Assembly (NCBI GenBank): GCA_919902925.1
Contig: CAKKRZ010000068.1
Location: 3,267 to 65,478, forward strand
Reading direction: 5' to 3'
Length of the DNA stretch: 62,212 bases
Source: Acidiferrobacterales bacterium
Lineage (GTDB): Bacteria; Pseudomonadota; Gammaproteobacteria; Acidiferrobacterales; Sulfurifustaceae
Position 1 is the stretch's first letter. Each line of letters starts with the position of its first letter. Of this stretch, positions 56,911 through 62,212 are shown piece after piece. The notes under the pieces are model-generated. The model saw only the letters and a program-made list of their open reading frames with translations. It was not told the DNA's origin and searched no databases. The position numbers and the translations under genes are program-made.

Positions 56911-57573
56911 ATGAACAGACTGGTACTGGTCATCGGCAACCGCAATTACTCATCCTGGTCGCTGCGCCCGTGGCTGGTCATGGAACAGGCCGGCATCCCC
57001 TTCACCGAGATCCGCATCCCGCTGTATGCGCCCGGGGCCAGCCAGCGGCTGCTGGAACATTCCCCGTCCGGCAAGGTGCCGGTGCTGAAGCACGGCGCGC
57101 TGGCGGTCTGGGATTCCCTGGCCATCTGCGAATACCTGGCCGAGCGTTTCCCCGACAAGGGGCTGTGGCCCCACGACCTGCTCACGCGCGCCCAGGCGCG
57201 ATCCATCAGCGCCGAGATGCATTCGGGTTTTAGCGCGCTGCGCGAGAACATGTTCATGAACATCCGCCGGCACATGCCCGGGCGCGGCCGGACACCGGCG
57301 GTCGAGGCGGACATCGAACGCATCCTGTCCATCTGGCGCGGCTGCCGCGCCCGCTATGCCTCCGCCGGCCCGTTCCTGTTCGGTGCGTTCAGCATCGCCG
57401 ACGCCATGTACGCGCCGGTGGCATTGCGCTTCCAGACCTACGCCGTGACCGCCGACGGGTCGGCCGGGGAATACGCCGCTCACCTGCTGTCGTTGCCGGC
57501 CATGAAGAAATGGATCGCCGCGGCGCACGCCGAGACCGAGCGCATCGACCGTTACGAGCCGGTCGACAACTGA
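56911..57573 (+). CDS. Glutathione S-transferase family protein
   Basis: 220 aa with an N-terminal thioredoxin-like fold (NYSSWSLRPW, KVPVL..G...WDSLAI.EYL) and an alpha-helical C-domain. Confidence 0.8.
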   Translation: MNRLVLVIGNRNYSSWSLRPWLVMEQAGIPFTEIRIPLYAPGASQRLLEHSPSGKVPVLKHGALAVWDSLAICEYLAERFPDKGLWPHDLLTRAQARSISAEMHSGFSALRENMFMNIRRHMPGRGRTPAVEADIERILSIWRGCRARYASAGPFLFGAFSIADAMYAPVALRFQTYAVTADGSAGEYAAHLLSLPAMKKWIAAAHAETERIDRYEPVDN

Positions 57574-57576
57574 TCG

Positions 57577-58056
57577 ATGGCGTACTGGCTGATGAAGTCC
57601 GAACCGGACGCGTTCGGCATCGACGACCTGGCCAAGCGTCCGAACAAAACCGAGCCCTGGAACGGCGTGCGCAACTACCAGGCACGCAACTTCATGCGCG
57701 ATGGCATGAAAAAGGGCGACCTGGCCTTCTTCTATCATTCCAGCTGCGCCGAACCCGGCATCGCCGGCATCGTCGAAATCGCCCGCGCCGCCTACCCCGA
57801 CCCGAGCGCGCGCGATCCGGAGAGCCCGCACTTCGATCCCCGCGCCACGGCCGACAACCCGGTGTGGATGATGGTCGACGTGCGGCTGAAGAAAAAACTC
57901 AAGAACCCGGTCACGCTGAAAATGTTGAAGGCACAGAAAGCACTGGCCGGTATGCCGCTGCTGCAACGTGGTAACCGGCTGTCGATCCTGCCCGTTTCCA
58001 AGCGGGAATGGGACACGATTCTCAAACTGGCCCAGAGTGAAAGGGTGCGCGCGTAG
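57577..58056 (+). CDS. EVE (PUA-like) domain protein
   Basis: MAYWLMKSEPD...WNGVRNYQARNFMR..MKKGDLAFFYHS is the canonical EVE domain opening. 159 aa. Confidence 0.85.
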   Translation: MAYWLMKSEPDAFGIDDLAKRPNKTEPWNGVRNYQARNFMRDGMKKGDLAFFYHSSCAEPGIAGIVEIARAAYPDPSARDPESPHFDPRATADNPVWMMVDVRLKKKLKNPVTLKMLKAQKALAGMPLLQRGNRLSILPVSKREWDTILKLAQSERVRA

Positions 58057-58069
58057 AGCGCTTCGGCTC

Positions 58070-58180
58070 GCCTCCCTCTCCCTCCGGGAGAGGGAGTGAG
58101 GGTGAGGGCGGAGGGTTAGGATGAGGGGCGCATTTCATGCACCCCCTCATCCCAGCCTTCTCCCGGAGGGAGAAGGAGTT
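58070..58180. repeat. GC-rich hairpin repeats (CTCCCTCTCCC/GGGAGAGGGAG, GATGAGGGG/CCCCTCATC, CTTCTCCC/GGGAGAAG)
   Basis: Three adjacent short stem-loops were read directly in the EVE-ppiA intergenic gap. Confidence 0.7.
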
Positions 58181-58233
58181 CTGTAACATACCGGCCGCTC
58201 GAAACATCATCGCCGGCCATTACCGGAGCAATT

Positions 58234-58809
58234 ATGAAACGCCGAAATCTTATAGCCCTCGCCGCCCTGCTGCTATCCGCCACCTTCTCTGCCAGCGCCG
58301 CGCCGCCCAACCCGCGTGTGAAGCTCACCACCAGCATGGGCGTCATCATTATCGAACTCGATCGACAAAAGGCCCCGGTCACAGTCAAGAACTTCCTGCA
58401 ATACGTCCGCGACCGCCACTACGACGGCACCATCTTTCACCGCGTGATGCCGGGCTTCATGATCCAGGGCGGCGGCTTCGTCCCCGGCCTGAACGAAAAA
58501 CCCACCCGCGCCCCGATCCGCAACGAGGCGGACAATGGCCTGAGCCACGTCACCGGCACCATCGCCATGGCACGCACCCCCGATCCGCACTCGGCGAGCG
58601 CACAGTTCTTCATCAACGTGAATGACAATGACCAACTCAATCACAGCAGCAAGACCGACGAGGGCTGGGGCTACGCCGTGTTCGGGCGCGTGGTGCAGGG
58701 CATGGACGTGGTGATGAAGATTGTCGCGGTCCAGACCGCCGATATCGGCCCGCACGAGAAAGTGCCAGTGAAGGATGTGGTGATCAGGAAGGTTGAAGTG
58801 ATCAAGTAA
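58234..58809 (+). CDS. ppiA: Periplasmic peptidyl-prolyl cis-trans isomerase (cyclophilin A type)
   Basis: Signal peptide plus [21 protein letters not shown] and SASAQFFIN cyclophilin motifs. Confidence 0.92.
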   Translation: MKRRNLIALAALLLSATFSASAAPPNPRVKLTTSMGVIIIELDRQKAPVTVKNFLQYVRDRHYDGTIFHRVMPGFMIQGGGFVPGLNEKPTRAPIRNEADNGLSHVTGTIAMARTPDPHSASAQFFINVNDNDQLNHSSKTDEGWGYAVFGRVVQGMDVVMKIVAVQTADIGPHEKVPVKDVVIRKVEVIK

Positions 58810-58829
58810 CCGCACAATGCGCGGTTACT
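58806..58829 (+). terminator. Stem-loop at ppiA stop
   Basis: GTAACCGC-acaatgc-GCGGTTAC. The U-tract (TTGTCATT) is weak. Confidence 0.45.
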
Positions 58830-59105
58830 TGTCATTGTGACCGCCACGGATGGCGGAAATGCTGAAAACGCAGGAGCAGTTTTCAGCCGAGCGTGAGGAT
58901 GCTTCTGTCATTGCGAGCACAGCGAAGCAATCTCCCAAACTCTGGAACGCCCTTCGGGCGCAATGAAAGCTTACTTGCAGGTGGCTGACCCGCGGCAGGT
59001 TACCTTCTTTTGTTCCGGCCAAAAGAAGGTAACCCAAGAAAAGGCCGCCCCCGATGCCGCGCTTCTCTTGCGCTCCGCGGCTTTGGGACCCACGCTGTCC
59101 CACGC
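58830..59105. repeat. Mosaic of unrelated REP-like hairpins
   Basis: Includes GTCATTGCGAGCACAGCGAAGCAATC and a perfect 15-bp stem, GGTTACCTTCTTTTG/CAAAAGAAGGTAACC (58998-59034). No credible coding potential. Confidence 0.7.
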
Positions 59106-59262
59106 GACTCCTGTCGCGGGGGACAGTCGCCCACGTCCTGTGGGCGACCCTTCGGGCGCATTCCCAAAGCCTTTCGGTGCTCAGGTGCGGCATAGGGGGT
59201 TGAACGTCAAACCCAACCAACCCATCCAGCGCAATTCGCTGCGCTCATTGCGCCCTACGGGC
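59106..59262 (+). repeat. Left inverted repeat flanking the helicase-nuclease island
   Basis: Its reverse complement aligns with 62064-62212 at roughly 90 percent identity by eye, with one short indel. Contains the hairpins GTCGCCCAC/GTGGGCGAC and GCGCAAT/ATTGCGC. Confidence 0.85.
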
Positions 59263-59369
59263 TACGTCGTCTTCACGGCTCGTTTCAGATCGACCCAAGG
59301 GAATATACAAATCCACACCCATCGGCACGCAGGGGTCGATCATGACGATGGCTTGTATGTTTATTGCTT

Positions 59370-61904
59370 TTACCGGCTTTTACGCTGCGCAGGACACTGG
59401 GGTTTCAACTGGCATGTTTTGCAATGTTTACCAGTCTTCGGCTCATAGCTTCTATCCTTGATGTCTTTAAAGACATTTTCAAGCATTTGTTTGCTCTCCT
59501 CGATAAATGAGGAGCTACAAACAGCCGAGATTGAATTTTGCGGAGAAAAGACTGGGACGATTTCAACGCATTGAATGTTATGTGCGTTCTGCGCAACCAT
59601 ACCCAGGACACCTGACCTTACCTGTAATTCATACTGTAACTGCTGATCTGGTTTGACTTCGGCGGATGTTTTCCATTCCTTCAATACAACGACCCCTTTC
59701 CGCGTTTCTACAAGCGCATCGATCACCCCCTCGACTTGTCCTGAAGTTCCTTGGACATATCTGTAGTGCTTTTCAATTGCGAGGGGTTTTTCTGATGTAC
59801 TGGAGATCCTCTGAACCAATTCCCGGTAGGCGCGCGACATTTTGGCTAAACTCTTTCCGGACAACTTCCGAAAAGGTGAATCACCGTCGGTAAGGCCTTT
59901 CTGGAAACACTGCTCTAGTGATCGAACATCATTTGGCATATTGGCTCGTAGATAATATTCCAGCGCCTTGTGCATTCTCGATCCCATGCTCTGGGGGTGT
60001 GACCAGTTGGGAAGGAACCTGCCCTCATGATATGCAGCAAATTTTAAAGGGCATTGTGCATAGAGATTAAGGTGCGTAGCCGCAACAATCGGTGGTGTAG
60101 TCGAAACCGACGGCGCCATTATTTTGGAATTAGAAGATTCTTTCTTGTTACAGCGAATCGGAACAAGGCCTGCACCAAAAGCAGATAATGTTTTGCGGGG
60201 CTTGACCGTGGTGTGAACAAGGATCAAAAGATCCCGCGCACGTGTCGCCCCAACATAAGCCAACCGAGAATCTTCCTTATTGGCTGGATTCGGAAACGAC
60301 TGGGGACCACCCTTTCCCAATTTCATCAAGAGCACAATCGGGAACTCAAGGCCCTTAGCGGCGTGAATTGTCATTACCTGAATAGCATCAGGTCGACTTA
60401 CAACCGCTGGTGTTACTGAAATATCTCGGTCTTGTGTGCTCTTCAGGGCTGGCCAAGCTTCTTTAAACGTGAAGGACTGCGGCGATAAAGTGCTATCCAA
60501 TGCATTCGCGGCCGTAGCAAGAGGCCGCAATACCCGAATATTTTCAAAATCTCTTTTGCAGAGGGATTGAGAGAGCAAGCTTTTAACCTTTGGGTGATTG
60601 TATAAGCCCGATAAGGCTTTACCCGGTCGCCAATCCAGTGGTTCGCCAATAGTCTGTTTCATGGCGCGGTCTGCACGGGATGACTGGAATTGCACTTTTA
60701 ATTTATTGGCCAGCGCTTTTTCCTTAATTTCCTTAATCGTCTTGCTACTTAAGTTCCGCGAGAGGATTGCAATATCAGTAGGTTTCAGATTTTTATTAGA
60801 GCTAAGTATTGTTCTGGCAAAGAACAGAGCCTTATCAAGGGTTCCTGTGTAGATATGTGCTCCGATGCCGTGGCTATTTTCCTTGCGGTGGGATCGCAGC
60901 AGTTTTAACATTCCTTCACGTTTGAGGCTTGGAACCCTTTTACCGAGAAATCTGTAGGCGGTGTTCAATATAGGTTGAGTCGATCGGAAATTATCCGTTA
61001 AGTAATACTTCTTCGCTCGTGTTTTTCTTATGAACCAAAGCATGTTGTCTGTGCCTGCGCCGCGCCACTCATAAATTTGCTGGCAGGGATCGCCAACTAC
61101 CCACATGTTGAGTCGCTTGCCTGAAAGCAGCATAAGTATTTCAGCCTGTGTACGGCTGGTATCTTGAAACTCATCAACTAGCATCATATCGAACCTAGAA
61201 GTGAACTCGTTGGTCAGCTTCTTGTGGTGCTTTAAGCAGTGCAGAAAATTTCTGCTCAACGTGTCATGGTCGATTCCTCCCAGCTCTTTGAGTTTCTCAA
61301 TGTACTGTTTGTGCGCTTGCCGTAGCTCCCGAAGAGTGGGTATTTTGAAGTCGAAGTAAAAGCCGAAACGGTCTCCCATCTCATTCATTCTGTCGCGAAT
61401 TTCTCGTTGGATTTTCCGCTTCTTCTTTCCTTGAGCGGCATTGGCATGGATGTATTTTTCTAGCAGACCAAGAATGCCTGCCTTATCTGCGGTGACGATC
61501 CAAGAGAATCTCGAATAAGCAGTAGCCTGGCCAAAAGTCTCCCAAGCGCATTGCAGGAGAAGTACTCGCTGCTCGGCTTCGCTGATTAGCCGTGCAGTGG
61601 GCATTAGTTCTCGATGCATTGCCTGCTGTGCAAACTCCCAGTTGAGAGCATCTATAGTGGAAATTCGCAGTTTCTGAGCACGTTCGCCAAGGCGCTCGTA
61701 AGTCCGGTTATACAACTCAGCTGTAGCTTTGCGCGTGAACGTTGTTACAAGTATGCGGCTAGGATCAATGTCGCGTTCTTCCACTAAATGAAATATACGT
61801 TCGGTGAGCGTGGTGGTCTTGCCTGTACCTGCACCAGCAATTACGCAGCCGGCCCCCTTCTTATGGGAGACTGCTCTTAATTGCTCTTCAGTCAAAGATT
61901 TCAC
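59370..61904 (-). CDS. UvrD/Rep-family SF1 helicase fused to a Cas4/AddB-type (4-Cys Fe-S) PD-(D/E)XK nuclease
   Basis: 844 aa. Helicase motifs: GAGTGKTT, VDEFQD, GDPCQQIYEWRGA, DNFRS, TIHAAKGLEFP, YVGATRAR. Nuclease motifs: YAQCPLKF, IDAL..LKEWK, QYELQ, CKTCQLKPQC. The gene is AT-rich. Confidence 0.85.
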   Translation of the reverse strand: MKSLTEEQLRAVSHKKGAGCVIAGAGTGKTTTLTERIFHLVEERDIDPSRILVTTFTRKATAELYNRTYERLGERAQKLRISTIDALNWEFAQQAMHRELMPTARLISEAEQRVLLLQCAWETFGQATAYSRFSWIVTADKAGILGLLEKYIHANAAQGKKKRKIQREIRDRMNEMGDRFGFYFDFKIPTLRELRQAHKQYIEKLKELGGIDHDTLSRNFLHCLKHHKKLTNEFTSRFDMMLVDEFQDTSRTQAEILMLLSGKRLNMWVVGDPCQQIYEWRGAGTDNMLWFIRKTRAKKYYLTDNFRSTQPILNTAYRFLGKRVPSLKREGMLKLLRSHRKENSHGIGAHIYTGTLDKALFFARTILSSNKNLKPTDIAILSRNLSSKTIKEIKEKALANKLKVQFQSSRADRAMKQTIGEPLDWRPGKALSGLYNHPKVKSLLSQSLCKRDFENIRVLRPLATAANALDSTLSPQSFTFKEAWPALKSTQDRDISVTPAVVSRPDAIQVMTIHAAKGLEFPIVLLMKLGKGGPQSFPNPANKEDSRLAYVGATRARDLLILVHTTVKPRKTLSAFGAGLVPIRCNKKESSNSKIMAPSVSTTPPIVAATHLNLYAQCPLKFAAYHEGRFLPNWSHPQSMGSRMHKALEYYLRANMPNDVRSLEQCFQKGLTDGDSPFRKLSGKSLAKMSRAYRELVQRISSTSEKPLAIEKHYRYVQGTSGQVEGVIDALVETRKGVVVLKEWKTSAEVKPDQQLQYELQVRSGVLGMVAQNAHNIQCVEIVPVFSPQNSISAVCSSSFIEESKQMLENVFKDIKDRSYEPKTGKHCKTCQLKPQCPAQRKSR

Positions 61905-62063
61905 AGCGTGGGAATGGGCTGGAGTATTTTTTCTGCTTCTAGTCTAACTGAGCATCAAGAATTAACGCAGCAGTTATGGTTAATTCCCCACCATAGGGTG
62001 TGTCGGCGCACCTCCGAGGCGGATTTTGATGTGGAGGGATGTACGAATGCCTGGCCCACACAG

Positions 62064-62212
62064 CACGTAGGGCGCAATGAGCGCAGCGAATTGCGCCGTA
62101 TGGGTTTGACGTTCAACCCCCTATGCCGCGCCTGAGCACCGCAAGGCTTTGGGAATACGCCCCGCAGGGGTCGCCCACAGGACGTGGGCGACTGTCCCCC
62201 GCGACAGGAGTC
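62064..62212 (-). repeat. Right inverted repeat flanking the island (truncated by the window end)
   Basis: Reverse complement of 59106-59262. The window ends inside it, so its outer boundary is unknown. Confidence 0.85.

Noticed and set aside
58963-59448. 161-aa plus-strand ORF downstream of ppiA
   Set aside because: It is composed entirely of REP-like repeats and the left inverted repeat. Its reverse-complement twin appears at 61881-62135 for the same reason.

Overview
High-GC chromosomal window with classic gammaproteobacterial core synteny: lptD-surA-pdxA-rsmA, glyQS-gmhB-plsC, glnA-ntrBC, and ygfB-pepP-ubiH-ubiI opposite zapA-ssrS-5-FCL ligase. HdrA/QmoA-like, CbbQ-like and TusA-like genes hint at a sulfur-oxidising autotroph, but that is inference only. 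I support about 50 protein genes and one recognisable RNA gene (6S RNA). I found no tRNA, rRNA, CRISPR array, transposase or integrase. The core blocks are interrupted by accessory insertions and by at least five unrelated families of short hairpin-forming repeats. Most interesting observations: (1) At the right end, an AT-rich single-gene island encodes a UvrD-type helicase fused to a Cas4/AddB-type Fe-S PD-(D/E)XK nuclease. It is bracketed by about 150-bp inverted repeats and is a candidate mobile or defence module. (2) An orphan noncoding locus at 11.16-11.82 kb has a strong promoter, a roughly 300-nt structured RNA ending in a perfect intrinsic terminator, a 15-codon poly-lysine micro-ORF and a second terminator. 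(3) A dispersed repeat family has one copy inserted in frame (41 codons) inside the ubiI-like hydroxylase gene. (4) An uncharacterised locus holds a Crp-family regulator, a DASS transporter, a DUF3604/PHP-like protein and three binding-protein-like genes with no ABC partners. (5) A PA2779/PA2778 (C39-like peptidase) pair is inserted into the pepP-ygfB block. (6) A secreted protein consists of ten 39-aa repeats. All functional calls rest on motif recognition by eye; no database search was run.
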